Below are positions 37,670 to 49,204 of a stretch of DNA of 64,000 nt, piece by piece. The stretch spans positions 97,774,001 to 97,838,000 of the forward strand of contig NC_043005.1 of assembly GCF_006345805.1 (NCBI RefSeq). The letters are read 5' to 3'. The notes beneath the pieces were generated by a model, which was given only the letters and a program-made list of their open reading frames with translations, was not told where the DNA came from and did not search any database. How positions within the stretch are numbered: the first letter of the stretch is position 1; each line of letters begins with the position of its first letter. Both the position numbers and the translations under genes were made by a program. The DNA is from Octopus sinensis. Its lineage: Eukaryota.

Positions 37670-38010
37670 TTCAAATGGAAACTGTAGTTGTGATACCTGT
37701 GCCAGTGGCATGTAAAAAGCACCATCCGAATGTGGCCAATGCCAGCGCCGCCTTGATTGGCTTCCGTACCAATGGCATGTAAAAAGCACCAACCTATCAT
37801 GGCACCAGCCTTCCCTGGCACCTGTGCCGGTGGCACGTAAAAAGCACCCACTACACTCACAGAATGGTTGGCGTTAGGAAAGGCATCCAGCTGTAGAAAC
37901 ACTGTCAGATCAGACTGGAGCCTGGTGCAGCCTCCTGGCTTCCCAGACCCCGGTCGAACTGTCCAACCCATGCTAGCATGGAAAACGGATGTTAAACAAT
38001 GATGATGATG
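37670..38010 (+). mobile_element. RTE 3' UTR copy
   Basis: Three GTGCC..TAAAAAGCACC modules; ends CATGCTAGCATGGAAAACGGATGTTAAACAATGATG. Confidence 0.85.
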
Positions 38011-38024
38011 ATGATGATACATAC

Positions 38025-38076
<52 letters not shown>

Positions 38077-38357
38077 CAACAATTGAGGGTAAAATTAATT
38101 AATTATTAATCAATTTCACCAAGTATTCAGTATGTAAAGGGACCATTTAAGGCGAATTCAAAATATTACATTTTATAAAGGGCTTAGTAAAATAAATTAC
38201 TTTGCCACATACTGAACTCATTAGAAATAGCAGCCAAAAAAAATTTTTTTAGCCATTTCTAATACTTAAAGAAAATTTCTCTCAGATAGTGTTTACTCAA
38301 AGTAACCCACGAAGGTATGGGGGTAAAAACATTAAAAAATCACAAGTGCAAAGATTA

Positions 38358-38419
38358 TTTGAGAACGTACGTTTCTAGATCAGCCAAATACAATTCAACA
38401 TTTCTTTCGTCAGCTCAAA
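38358..38419 (-). ncRNA. Type I hammerhead-like motif, unit copy 1
   Basis: UUUGAG-CUGACGA-A-AGA...UCU-A-GAA-ACGUACGU-U-CUCAAA. Confidence 0.65.
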
Positions 38420-38889
38420 ATTTCTTAATTCGGACTTGCAAACACTGAAAGTAGGAGCATACCCTTTTGGCGACTTTTCACCTCCGAAGATCCGTTCAAA
38501 CTAACAGTGCCAACAAATTCAAAATATGCAAGCGAAGAATTTCTGCCCTCCCCTTCCACCCACGTGGGCTAAACTAGCAAACAATGTTTTTCGGTGAAAA
38601 CCGAAGCATTAAACAGAGAGAAAATGATATAATTTCAACAATTGGGGTAAAATAATTAATTAATTTTGAGTATTCAGTATGTAAAGGGACCATTTAAGGC
38701 GTAAATATTATTTTATAAAGGGCTTAGTAAAATAAATTACTTGCCACATACTGAACTCATTAGAAATAGCAGCCAAAAAAATTTTTTAGCCATATAATAC
38801 TTAAAGAAAATTTCTCTCAGATAGTGTTACTAAAGTAACCCACGAAGGTATGGGGGTAAAAACATTAAAAAATCACAAGTGCAAGATTA

Positions 38890-38950
38890 TTTGAGACGTA
38901 CGTTTCTAGATCAGCCAAATACAATTCGACATTTCTTTCGTCAGCTCAAA
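38890..38950 (-). ncRNA. Type I hammerhead-like motif, unit copy 2 (1-nt deletion near the cleavage site)
   Basis: Same core; GAGACGTACG instead of GAGAACGTACG on the plus strand. Confidence 0.5.
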
Positions 38951-39470
38951 ATTTCTTAATTCGGACTTGCAAACACTGAAAGTAGGAGCATACCCTTTTG
39001 GCGACTTTTCACCTCCGAAGATTCAAACTAACAGTGCCAACAAATTCAAAATATGCAAGCGAAGATTTCTGCCCTCCCCTTCCAAAATTTTTTTTGGCTG
39101 CTATTTCTAATGAGTTCAGTATGTGGCAAAGTAATTTATTTTACTAAGCCCTTTATAAAATGTAATTTTGAATTCGCCTTAAATGGTCCCTTTACATACT
39201 GAATACTTGGTGAATTGATTAATAATTAATTAATTTTACCCTCAATTGTTGAAATTATAATTCATTTCTCTCTGTTTAATGCTTCGGTTTTCACCGATAA
39301 AACATGGTGTTTGCTAGTTTAGCCCACGTGGGTGGAAGGGGAGGGCAGAAATTCTTCGCTTGCATATTTTGAATTTGTTGGCACTGTTAGTTTGAACGGA
39401 TCTTCGGAGGTGAAAAGTCGCCAAAAGGGTATGCTCCTACTTTCAGTGTTTGCAAGTCCGAATTAAGAAT

Positions 39471-39531
39471 TTTGAGCTGACGAAAGAAATGTTGATTGTA
39501 TTTGGCTGATCTAGAAACGTACGTTCTCAAA
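39471..39531 (+). ncRNA. Type I hammerhead-like motif, inverted unit copy
   Basis: TTTGAG CTGACGA AAGA...TCTA GAAACGTACGTT CTCAAA read directly on the plus strand. Confidence 0.65.
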
Positions 39532-39717
39532 TAATCTTTGCACTTGTGATTTTTTATGTTTTTACCCCCATACCTTCGTGGGTTACTTTGAGAAACACAC
39601 TCTGAGAGAAATTTTCTTTAAGTATTAGAAATGGCTAAAAAAATTTTTTTTGGCTGCTATTTCTAATGAGTTCAGTATGTGGCAAAGTAATTATTTTACT
39701 AAGCCCTTTATAAAATG

Positions 39718-39761
<44 letters not shown>

Positions 39762-40004
39762 CATACATATATATACTTTATTTAAAAGCAGCAGAAATAT
39801 ATCAAAAGCTGTACTCAGAATTTCCCGTTCCTGTTTGTTGGACAGTTTTCTTTTTATTTAAAAAAAAAATTGACCGACGATTACTAAAGTAATAGGTATT
39901 CAAATAAAGCATATTACTCTACCGCTGGTATTTGAGTACTCTTTTTTCCCACCTTGTTTCACATCTATGTGCTTACTCCAGTATATATATATATATATAT
40001 ATAT

Positions 40005-40582
40005 AACAATTTAGAGAGTGACCCTAACAGTATTCGTCCACCAGAAAGAGCAGCCATAACTCACACCGCCAAGTAGTAGTAATTCAGAAATTAGGTGAAA
40101 ATTTAAAAACATTTACCATAATTCATCTTTTAGACGTTGCAACGTTTGTTCTGTGTCATTAATGATTAAATTAGCTTAATTAAATAAATTAGCTAATCTA
40201 CCATAGGTTACACTTCATCAGTAAAAAACCTGGGAGAGACAAATATACACGAGGCGTCTGTATCGATGCCTACGGAATATCTGTCTTAAAATTTTCAAGA
40301 CTGACGTATTCGCGCCAAACTTATCAGCAGTAATATAAACTGCCGATTCAATCTCAGAATTATTCAGAAAATTATCAATTAGTCAATTTAGGGTAGCAAA
40401 AAAATTTCAATAGAAATTTTCGCTACCAGCGGCCTGGTGGAAAAGAGAAAATAGTCATCGACTAATATATAAATATAACAATTTAGGTGACCCTAACAGG
40501 TCATTCGTCACCAGAAAGAGCAGCCATAACTCACACCGCCAAGTAGTAGTAATTCAGAATTAGGTGAAAATTTAAAAACATT

Positions 40583-40587
<5 letters not shown>
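40005..40587 (-). mobile_element. 472-bp hammerhead-containing unit plus ~110-bp terminal redundancy, inside (TA)n
   Basis: AACAATTTAG..GTGACCCTAACAG..AGAAAGAGCAGCCATAACTCACACC at 40005 and 40477. Confidence 0.8.
40127..40227 (-). ncRNA. Type I hammerhead-like motif with long helix II insert
   Basis: UUUUUA-CUGAUGA-A-GUGU...ACAC-A-GAA(CAA)-ACGUUGCAACGU-C-UAAAAG: 12-nt palindromic helix III, GUC triplet; 3-nt insertion in GAAA. Confidence 0.6.
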
Positions 40588-40641
<54 letters not shown>

Positions 40642-40647
40642 TATATA

Positions 40648-41030
40648 AGAAGCACTCCGTCGGTTACGACGACGAGGGTTCCGGTTGATCCGATCAACAG
40701 AACAGCCTGCTCGTGAAATTAACGTGTAAGTGGCTGAGCATTCCACAGACACGTGTACCCTTAACGTAGTTCTCGGGGATATTCAGCGTGACACAGAGAG
40801 TGACAAGGCCGGCCCTTTGAAATACAGGTACAACAGAAACAGGAAGTAAGAGTGAGAGAAAGTTGTGGTGAAAGAGTACAGCAGGGATCACCACAATCCC
40901 CTGCCGGAGCCTCATGGAGCTTTAGGTGTTTTCGCTCAATAAACACTCACAACGCCCGGTCTGAAAATCGAAACCGCGATCCTACGACCGTGAGTCCGCT
41001 GCTCTAACCACTGGGCCATTGCGCCTCCAC
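40648..41030 (-). mobile_element. tRNA-derived SINE family D
   Basis: Minus strand GGAGGCGCAATGGCCCAGTGGTTAGAGCAGCGG (A box)...GGTTTCGATT (B-box-like). Confidence 0.85.
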
Positions 41031-41249
41031 ATATATATATATATGAAATACACATATACATAAAGTATAGAAAGAGGAAATAAAACAAAATATGTAACAA
41101 AACAATGTATGTATATAAATGTGTGTATATCACATATATGATGTAGAACAAAAGACTTTGATGCCAAATAATATACTGATTCGTATATTAGTATTATAAA
41201 TAGCAATAAAGTAAAAATGAATATTAGAGCATGAAGACATCTGTAAGGG

Positions 41250-41605
41250 CTACAGTTACTCTGCTGCAACAGAATTGTCTTTTACTTGGAACTTCTGAGG
41301 TCGTCTATGAAAAGCTGTGGAAATGTTTCAAAACAGCCGACAGTCATATATATCAAAGTCAATGAGGTTGACCCTCTTCAGGGAATGTGTAGAGTGCCGT
41401 TTTCTCTATGGAGTCACAGCATAGACTATAAAGAAAGACCACTTTCATTCTCACGACAGCTCAAAATATTTCATGGCAAGAGAACATGACCAAAGAGAAG
41501 ATCCTTGGACAAATTTCATCCCTCTCAACTATTGTTAGCCAACACAGAGTTGGTTTTGCTGACCACTGCTGTCATGTTAGACAACAGCCTATATAGGATC
41601 ATTTT
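41250..41605 (+). mobile_element. Old RTE-type LINE remnant (different lineage)
   Basis: FLYGVTA*TIKK..NISWQENMTKEKILGQISSLSTIVSQHRVGFADHC. Confidence 0.55.
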
Positions 41606-41989
41606 ATTGTTGCTTTTTAATTGTGACAGTCATTGGGTTTTGACCACACACACACACGTACACACATGCACACATATATACACATATACATACACATATA
41701 CACAAGTGTACAGATATACACACACACACACATACATACACACATACACAGGTGTGTGCAGATACACACATACATACACATTCAACATATTCACACATGT
41801 ATGGGAATATACATAAATACTCCCACACATGTATACACACATTAGCACACTTATGCATAGATATACGAATGTCAGATGGACTGGGTAGAATAAAAAAAGA
41901 CATTTAGTATATTGTCCTCTCTCTCTCTATATATATATATATATAGAGAGAGAGAGATGCTCATTTACTTGAAGCGATAAGATTCGTTT

Positions 41990-43140
41990 CAGCTTCGCAT
42001 GACTGTTTGATTCTAGGAGACTTCAGCGCTCCCACGATCGACTGGCCCGCATCAATTTGTACATCATCTTCCCGGTTCAGCCAGGCCCTTCTTGACGTGG
42101 CTGAAGATTGTTTTCTATCGCAACATGTTGAATATCCGACAAGGCATCGGTCTGGGCAGCAGCCATCTATGCTGGATCTGGTATTCTCCCGCTATCCAAG
42201 ATCAGTGTCAGATGTATCTGTGTGCGCCCCTCTTGCCAAGAGTGATCATGCGGTCCTGAAGCTCGTCATGCACACAACTTTTTCTACACCCACGACTACT
42301 TCGCTGCCACGTAGAGTCTTCTCTGCAATTAATCTTGAAATTTTAACCGAGGCTTCCGCGATTCTGGACTGGCGATCCCTGATGACGTTGTCCTCAGTTG
42401 ACAAACTATGGTCATCCCTCAAAGCATATGTAATCTGGTTGACTGACCAGGCAGTTCCCGTTGGGCTTCCCAAGAAGAAGAAACACAAGCCCTGGGTGAC
42501 GAAGAAGGTTAAACGAGAACTTCGGCTCAGAGATATTGCTTGGGTTGAATTCAAATATCTGGATTCGACTGCAGCTTTTGAGGTGTACAAAACTCAACGA
42601 GACCGAGCCTGAAAATTGAAAAGGAAGAACGCTTCAGTTATGAATACAAAATCGTGGCAAATGCCAGTAGCAATCCAAAAACCTTCTTTGCCCATGTCCA
42701 ACGGAATTCCCGCTTGAACAACCAGATTGCAACGTTGGTAGACTCAACAGGCGTATCGATTGAGGACCCTTATCAACAGAGTCAATTATTTGCCGAGGCT
42801 TTTTCAACTATTTTCAAACAAGATGATGGCCGTGAACCCCCTCCATTTGATAGATCGGTACCTCCAATGCTTCGATTGGTCATCACGCGGGACGAAGTTA
42901 AATGTGTTATTCAAGGCCTCGATGTCAACAAGGGTCACGGCCCTGACGGCATACACCCACAGGTTATCAAAGTGTTGGCTCCGGTCATCTGCGAGCCCTT
43001 AACACGTCTATTCAATATGTCATTGCCGACGGGTGTTATACCTGCGGACTGGAGAACAGCGATAATCTGCCCAATTTTCAAGAAAGGGAGCCGCCAAGAC
43101 CCGCTTAACTACCGACCGGTTTCCCTTACATCAATAATGT
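41990..43140 (+). mobile_element. Internal fragment of CR1-type LINE ORF2 (APE C-terminus to RT start)
   Basis: ILGDFSAPTIDW..QHVEYPTRHR..LDLVF..SDHAVL; NPKTFFAHV; GPDGIHP..PLTRLFN..DWRTAIICPIFKKG..NYRPVSLTS. Confidence 0.92.
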
Positions 43141-43144
43141 CAAC

Positions 43145-43378
43145 AATCACACTCGTATGGTGCTCTTTGCACCATGCTAGCACGGATGCCAGTCATCAAA
43201 ATGATTTTGATTTTGATTTTGATTTCACTTGCCTCAACAGGTCTTTGCAAGCAAGGTTTAGTGACCAAAGAAGGAAAAGTTATGCATAAGTGGGCTGGTT
43301 ATGCTCCTGGTATAGGCCACAGGTTATGGTCTCATTTGGCTTGATGGGTCTTCTCGAGCACAGCATATTTCCAAAAGT
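43145..43378 (-). mobile_element. RTE 3' region fragment
   Basis: Matches 30180-30375 (GATTTCACTTGCCTCAACAGGTCTT..TATGCATAAGTGG..CAGCATA). Confidence 0.8.
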
Positions 43379-43389
43379 ATATATATATA

Positions 43390-43456
<67 letters not shown>

Positions 43457-44089
43457 TCTATGTGTCTGTCTATTGTCTCTATCTCTTTCTATACACACAC
43501 ACACACACATGCACGCATATATATTATATATATATATACATATATATACATACATAGACATGAGTGTGTGCTTGCACCCATATATTCACACACACACGCA
43601 CATACAGATACATGAATACACACATACACATATACATACACATGTTTGTATATAAGTATATACATGTATATATGCACATAAACATTATGTACAGACATGT
43701 GTGCTATACATATAATTATACATACATATAAGACATTAATATGAACTCATGTATGTCTACAAGTGCACATAAACGAATAAAATCAATCTACACGTATCTA
43801 AAAACCTGTCAGCATGTGTGTACATGCAATGTGTTCTTGTATACACGCGCACATGTGCGTAAAGGTATATGATGATGATGATATTAATAATAATAACAAC
43901 AACAACAACAACTACTACAACAAAAACAACAATAATAACAAGGAGAAGAAGAAGGAAAAGAAGAAGAAGAAGAAGAAGAACAACAACAACAACAACAATA
44001 ATAATAGTTATTATTATTATTACTATTATTGCTGTTGTTATTATTATATACCTTTACGCATGTGTGCATGTGTGTACAAGAAAAATTAG

Positions 44090-44470
44090 ATTCCTATTCA
44101 AATGGACACGAAATTAGAAAATAATAGATCAGATGTAACGATTGTTGATAAGGAAAAGTGAAGTGGCTTACTTAACCCATCACGGCTGTTTGATTTCAGG
44201 GTCATAAAGAAAGTGGAAGAGAAGTAAAAAAAATACAATCCCTTAAAAGTTTGAAATAGGAAGATTCTGGAACATGTGAACAGTAAAGGTTTTGCCTATA
44301 ATAATTGGTTCGTTGGAAACAGTAAGCAAAACTATAGACAAATGGCTGGAGGAGATTGGAATAGAATGCCCAGTAGAGCTCCTACAGCAAGTTTGTCTCT
44401 TAGAAACAGCAACGATTATCAGGAGGGCTCTAAGCACTTGTGGATGCCTAAATAGTAACCTGCTATCCAT
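44090..44470 (+). mobile_element. Old R4/Dong RLE C-terminal remnant
   Basis: IQMDTKLENNRSDVTIVDKEK..PIIIGSLETV..LLQQVCLLETATIIRRAL. Confidence 0.7.
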
Positions 44471-44534
44471 TTAATTCCTACCAGGAATAAAACCGAACCT
44501 GAGCCAAACCAAAATGATAATAATAATAATAATC

Positions 44535-44748
44535 CTTTCTACTATAGACACAAGGCCTGGAATTTTTGGGAAAGGAACAAGTCAATTACATCGACCCCAA
44601 TGTTTCACGGGTACTTAATTTATCGACCCCAAAAAGATGAAAGGCAAAATCAATCTTGGGGGAATTTGAACTCAGAATGTTAAGATGGATGAAATGCCGC
44701 TCAATATTTTGCCTGATGTGCTCACGATTCTGCCAGCTTGCTGTCTTA
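44535..44748 (-). mobile_element. SINE family A
   Basis: CACAAGGCCTGGAATTTT..GATTACATCGACCCC..GGAATTTGAACTCAGAA..TCTGCCAGCT. Confidence 0.85.
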
Positions 44749-44774
44749 ATAATAATGGTAATAATAATAACAAT

Positions 44775-45350
44775 AATAAGATGTCTGTTTTCATGCTGAC
44801 AGAAATTGAATGGCTTGAATGGAGGTGGTGAGCTGGAGAACTGTACAATGCTCCAGTCATCTGTTTTGGATTGGTTTCTATTGTTGGATGTCCTTCCTAA
44901 TGCCAACCACTTTACAGATTGTACTGGATGTCTTATATGTGTCACCATCATGGGTTCCCCTTTATGTATCACTGGCACAGGTGCCCTTTTATGTTTCACA
45001 AGCACAGGTGCCTTTTATGTGTCATTAGCATAGGTGTCTCTTATGTGTCCCTGGCACAGGTGCCCTTTTATGTTTCATAAGCACAGGTGTCTCTTATGTG
45101 TCACTGGTACGGATGCCTTTTATGTGTTACTGGCACTGGTTATGACCATGATTCCACTTAGCTTGACATGTTTTCTCAAGCACAGCTAATTGCCGGAGGT
45201 TTTGGTCACTTCTCATCACCTCCATGAAACTCAACAATCAAAAGCAATTTTTCACAACTTTGTCCCATGTCTTCAAGTGTCCACCCTTCCACAGGTTCCC
45301 TCCACAATTAGAGACTGGCACTTCTTTACACATCTGCCTTCATCCATATA
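44775..45350 (-). mobile_element. RTE 3' region with expanded ~26-bp minisatellite
   Basis: GGATGTCCTTCCTAATGCCAACCACT; (GCACAGGTGYCYTTTTATGTGTCACTG)-like units at 44960-45140; CTTCCACAGGTTCCCTCCAC (RGRP..VEG antisense). Confidence 0.75.
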
Positions 45351-45371
45351 TATCATATGACCATACTAGCA

Positions 45372-45415
<44 letters not shown>

Positions 45416-45471
45416 TAATAATAATAATAATAATAACAATAATAATAATAATAATAATAATGATAATAATA

Positions 45472-45916
45472 ATTCTGCTCAATATCACAGATTTGTTTGT
45501 CAGATGTTTGACCTTAACCAGTTGACCATGTCCCTTAGTGGCTGACGATATGTGCATCTCTGATCACGAGCAGAAGTAGTTGCGGAGCACCATAACCATG
45601 TGTTGAAAAGAATTCTTTGGAGTTTGAATAATTCACTTCTGGAAACATGGGTGTTTTGTTCAACATCCTTAAACAACCCTTATTCAGGGACCTTTTGAGC
45701 GGGATGGGTTACTCAGCCAGAAGAAAATTCTAACTGGGCTCCATCTGCAAGGTCATGCACTGTTTATCTTTATATGAGATCACCATGTCGCGCACATATG
45801 GTTGTGATGCATGTGCCTAGTGTACCCTTATCAGAGGGGTAGTCATGATGGGTATACTGGGCTTTGTATATTTGTACCCCAGTGTCACTTTGATGGCATG
45901 CACTGCTCTCTCGCTC
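45472..45916 (+). mobile_element. 5'-truncated copy of a ~556-bp non-coding element in (TAA)n
   Basis: Matches the 3' part of 45981-46536; (AAT)n on both sides. Confidence 0.85.
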
Positions 45917-45980
<64 letters not shown>

Positions 45981-45983
<3 letters not shown>

Positions 45984-46536
45984 GCCCTGATGCAGTACCA
46001 GGCAGTGGCTCTCATGGCTTCTGATCTTAACTGATTGGAAGTGTTATCATGTACATTGTTTTGTCTTGGTATAAAAGATGGGCTACAGCAAATATTCTGC
46101 TCAATACCACAGATTTGCTTGTCAGTTGTTTGACCTTAACCAGTTGAGCATGTCCCTTAGTGGCTGACGATATGTGCATCTCTGATCACGAGCAGAAGTA
46201 GTGGGGGAGCATCATAGCCATGTGTTGAGAAGGATTCTTTGGGGTTTGAATAATTCACCTCTGGAAACATGGGTGTTTCGTTCAACGTCCTTAAATAACC
46301 CTTATTCAGGGACCTTTTGAGCGGGATGGTTACTTGATCTGAAGAAAATTCTAACTGGGCTCCACCTGCAAGGTCATGTGCTGTTTATCTTGATATGAGA
46401 TCACCATGTCGCGCACATATGGTTGTGATGCATGTGCCTGGTGTACCCTTATCAGACGGGTAGTCATGATGGGTATACTGGGCTTCGTATATTTTACCCC
46501 AGTGTCACTTTGATGGCATGCTCTGCTTGCTCACTC
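45981..46536 (+). mobile_element. ~556-bp non-coding element in (TAA)n
   Basis: Starts AATGCCCTGATGCAGTACCAGGC, ends GCTCACTC-(AAT)n; same ends as 61784-62341. Confidence 0.85.
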
Positions 46537-46558
46537 AATAATAATAATAATAATAATA

Positions 46559-47133
46559 ACAGAGTTGGAACCTACATACATTGGAAGCTATGCCAACATT
46601 ATGGAATAACAACAGAAAAAAGATGGTATAGGCACACACCAGAAAAGGTCACAGAAAACGAGAAAGCAACCATACTCTGGGATATGCCGATACACACAGA
46701 TAGAGAAATTAAGGCCAACAGACCAGATATAGTTGTCAGAGATCATGAAGAAAAAAAATGCTTTCTAATTGATGTATCAATACCGGCTGATGACAACGTG
46801 TCTCTAAAAGAAATGGAGAAACTCTCAAAATACAAAGACCTGGAAATAGAGGTAACTAGAATGTGGAATCTGAAAACAGAAACATTCCTATCATAGTAGG
46901 TGCATTAGGCATGATAAAAAAATATTCAGACAAATACATAACAAAAACACCAGGACTTACAAACACATATAACATACAGAAAATTGCACTACTAGGCACT
47001 GCACACATCCTACGCAGAACACTTTCTATACAATAACCATCAGAGCATCACAACAAATCACAGCACATACCCAAGGCACACAGAGCTGTGCTCGGTAGTG
47101 AAGTGAAGGCACGCTATAAAAATAAAACTACTG
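46559..47133 (+). mobile_element. Young 5'-truncated R4/Dong LINE (RLE domain + 3' UTR) in (TAA)n
   Basis: YIHWKLCQHYG..ILWDMPIHTDREIKANRPDIVVRDHEEKKCFLIDVSIP..EMEKLSKYKDL; near-identical to 61188-61755. Confidence 0.93.
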
Positions 47134-47157
47134 AATAATAATAATAATAATAATAAT

Positions 47158-47305
47158 ACCACAGTAATTGGTGCATTGGGAATGATAAAGAAAGGAGCTG
47201 AGAAGTATATTAAGCAACTCCCTGGTAACTCCAATCTCCATGAACTACAAAAGATAACCTTGATGGGTTCAGCCCATATACTACAGAAAGCACTCACCAT
47301 CTAAA
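47158..47305 (+). mobile_element. Short 3' end of a second R4/Dong lineage
   Basis: TVIGALGMIKKGAEKYIKQLPGNSNLHELQKITLMGSAHILQKAL*. Confidence 0.75.
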
Positions 47306-47527
47306 ATGGAATGAATGTTGTGATAATTCTAGCATGCGTAGCAAAACAAAAGTGCCCTTGTTGCTCTTGGCCTCCGGAGGATGCCCGGTACGAAGGCAGC
47401 TGAAATAAAGTTACAATGAAGAGAAACCATAAATGATAATAATGATAATAATAATAATAATAATAATTTCAAATTTTGGCACAAGGCCAGCAAGTTTGGG
47501 GGAGAGAATGAATTGGAGAGAATGAAT

Positions 47528-48985
47528 ATGTCATTGGTGATGGGTGTTGAACCTGTAGACTGGAGAACAGTGATAATCTGCCCGATTTTCAAGAATGGGA
47601 GCCGCGAAGACCTGCTTAACTACCGACCAGTTTCCCTTACTTAAATAATCAGCAAGATGTTCGAAACCATCCCTAAGAAAAGTATGTTGCTCCACCTCCA
47701 AAACACAGCCTCTATCTCTGATTCCTAACACGGTTTCATGCCGAAGAGATCATGCTTGATCAACTTACTGGTAATGGAAGAATTGGTGACGCGTATCCTG
47801 GATGATGGTGATGCTGTTGACATCGTTCTATTGGACTTTGCCAAAGCTTTTCACTCGGTTAACCACCGCCTATTACTTGTCAAGCTTCAAGCATATAGTT
47901 TCCATCCGGATATTGTATGATGGGTTGGTGCCTTCCTCTCAGATCGCTCCTTCCAAGTCCAAGTTAATGGCTTGCTGTCCGACGTCTCCAGTGCGAGCAG
48001 TGGCGTGCCTCAAGATTCAGTGCTTGGGCCGTTATTGTTTTTAGTCTTCATCAATGACTTGCCCGACAACCTCACGCAACACGCCCTTCTATTTGCCGAC
48101 GATGTCAAACTGGTCGCTCCTCGCAGTGATATAGATGATCTTCGCCGATGCCTCCACCAAGTTTGGAGATGGTCAAACGAATGAGACCTGTGTCTGAACG
48201 TGTTAAAGTGCTGTCATCTGCCTGTTGGCTCTTCTCGTGCAACTCAACTTGATTTCAAGCCGGGTCGTCTGCTGCTGGAGAAGACCGACCAGGTAAAGGA
48301 CCTGGGTAGCTTGCTGGATTCTTCCTTTTCGCCTTCGGCCTAATGCGTCCATGCTGCCAACAAAGCACGCGGAGTTCTGTTTTTGATTCGACGGTCATTC
48401 GGAATGCTCACAGCAGCCATATTCCTACCGCTCTATGTCACCTTGGTGAGACCCATATTGGAGTATGGGATTCAAGCCTCTTCTCCTTATCTCCTCAAAG
48501 ACATACATCATCTCGAAAGAGTCCAGATGCTGGCTACCCACATGGTTCTTGGTCTCAAGCATTTGTCTTATGAAGAAAGGCTGAAGACACTTGACCTTTA
48601 TTCTCTCGAAAAACGCCACCGCCGTGGTGATCTCATTCTTGTTTACAACATCATAAGCGGAAAGTGTACCCTCTCGAAAGAGCTGTTCTTCACTCCTGCT
48701 CCAGAGCGTGGGCTGTGGGGTCACTCCGTAAAGCTCTATCTACAACGATTTCATCTCAATCGAAGGAGAGGGGCTTTCTCCGTCCGGGTTGCAGATCCGT
48801 GGAATAAGCTGCCGGACGAGATAGTGAAGATGTCGACGACCATTCGGTTCAAAGTCTCTCTTGACCAGAAATGGCCTGAACTCTTTGTATGAACATCCTC
48901 CCTGTACGTAACTCCATGTCCCCCTACATGGCCTTGCTTTTGCTTTTTGAGCCAATAAAAATTGAATTGAAATTGAATTGAATTG
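47528..48985 (+). mobile_element. 5'-truncated CR1-type LINE with (AATTG)n tail, splitting a family A SINE
   Basis: NYRPVSLT..HGFMPKRSCLINL..LDFAKAFHSVNH..GVPQDSVLGPLLF..LFADDVKL..KWPELFV*; TGAATTG at 47509-47515 and 48979-48985. Confidence 0.92.
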
Positions 48986-49175
48986 ATTACATTGACCTCA
49001 GTACTGAACTGGAACATATTTTATCGACCCCAAAAGGATGAAAGGCAAAGTTGACCTTGGTGGAATTTGAAAGGCAAAGTTGACCTTGGTGGAATTTGAA
49101 AGGCAAAGTTGACCTTGGTGGAATTTGAACTTATAATGTAAGGATAGACAAAATGCTGCTTGGCAATATTAATAA
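48986..49175 (-). mobile_element. Remainder of split SINE family A with a 29-bp triplication
   Basis: GAAAGGCAAAGTTGACCTTGGTGGAATTT x3 at 49040-49126; the other part lies at 47470-47515. Confidence 0.85.
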
Positions 49176-49204
49176 AACGATAAAAATGATGAGATAAAAA
49201 TAAC

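Larger units (their letters stand above)
38073..39723. mobile_element. Array of a 559-bp hammerhead-containing unit: ~1.8 direct copies then ~1.15 inverted copies, inside (TA)n
   Basis: ATTTCAACAATTG at 38073 and 38632; orientation flips at 39083/39084; merges into (TA)n at both ends. Confidence 0.88.

Noticed and set aside
38073-39723. Regular repeats as a CRISPR-like array or host gene duplication
   Set aside because: Units are ~559 bp with no unique spacers and no ORF.
39790-39850. Possible degenerate hammerhead in the 240-bp TA-flanked segment 39745-39981
   Set aside because: It needs three or more core substitutions plus an indel; not supportable without a family consensus.
40950-41030. 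tRNA genes at SINE heads (also 50490-50568, 1499-1565)
   Set aside because: A/B boxes are present but there is no complete acceptor stem, and they continue into SINE bodies.
11362-41997. Shared 14-mer TCGTTTCAGCTTCG near the 5' ends of Tx1 (11362) and CR1 (41984)
   Set aside because: In CR1 it is coding sequence of the APE domain, and a single 14-mer match is expected by chance in 64 kb.
45540-45580. CTGACGA in the 556-bp TAA element as a hammerhead
   Set aside because: No GAAA or helix III follows, and the third copy reads CTAACGA.
42000-48985. CR1 pieces at 42.0-43.1 and 47.5-49.0 kb as one element split by a 4.4-kb insertion
   Set aside because: They overlap by ~110 bp with many differences, and the second has its own TSD inside a SINE; they are independent copies.
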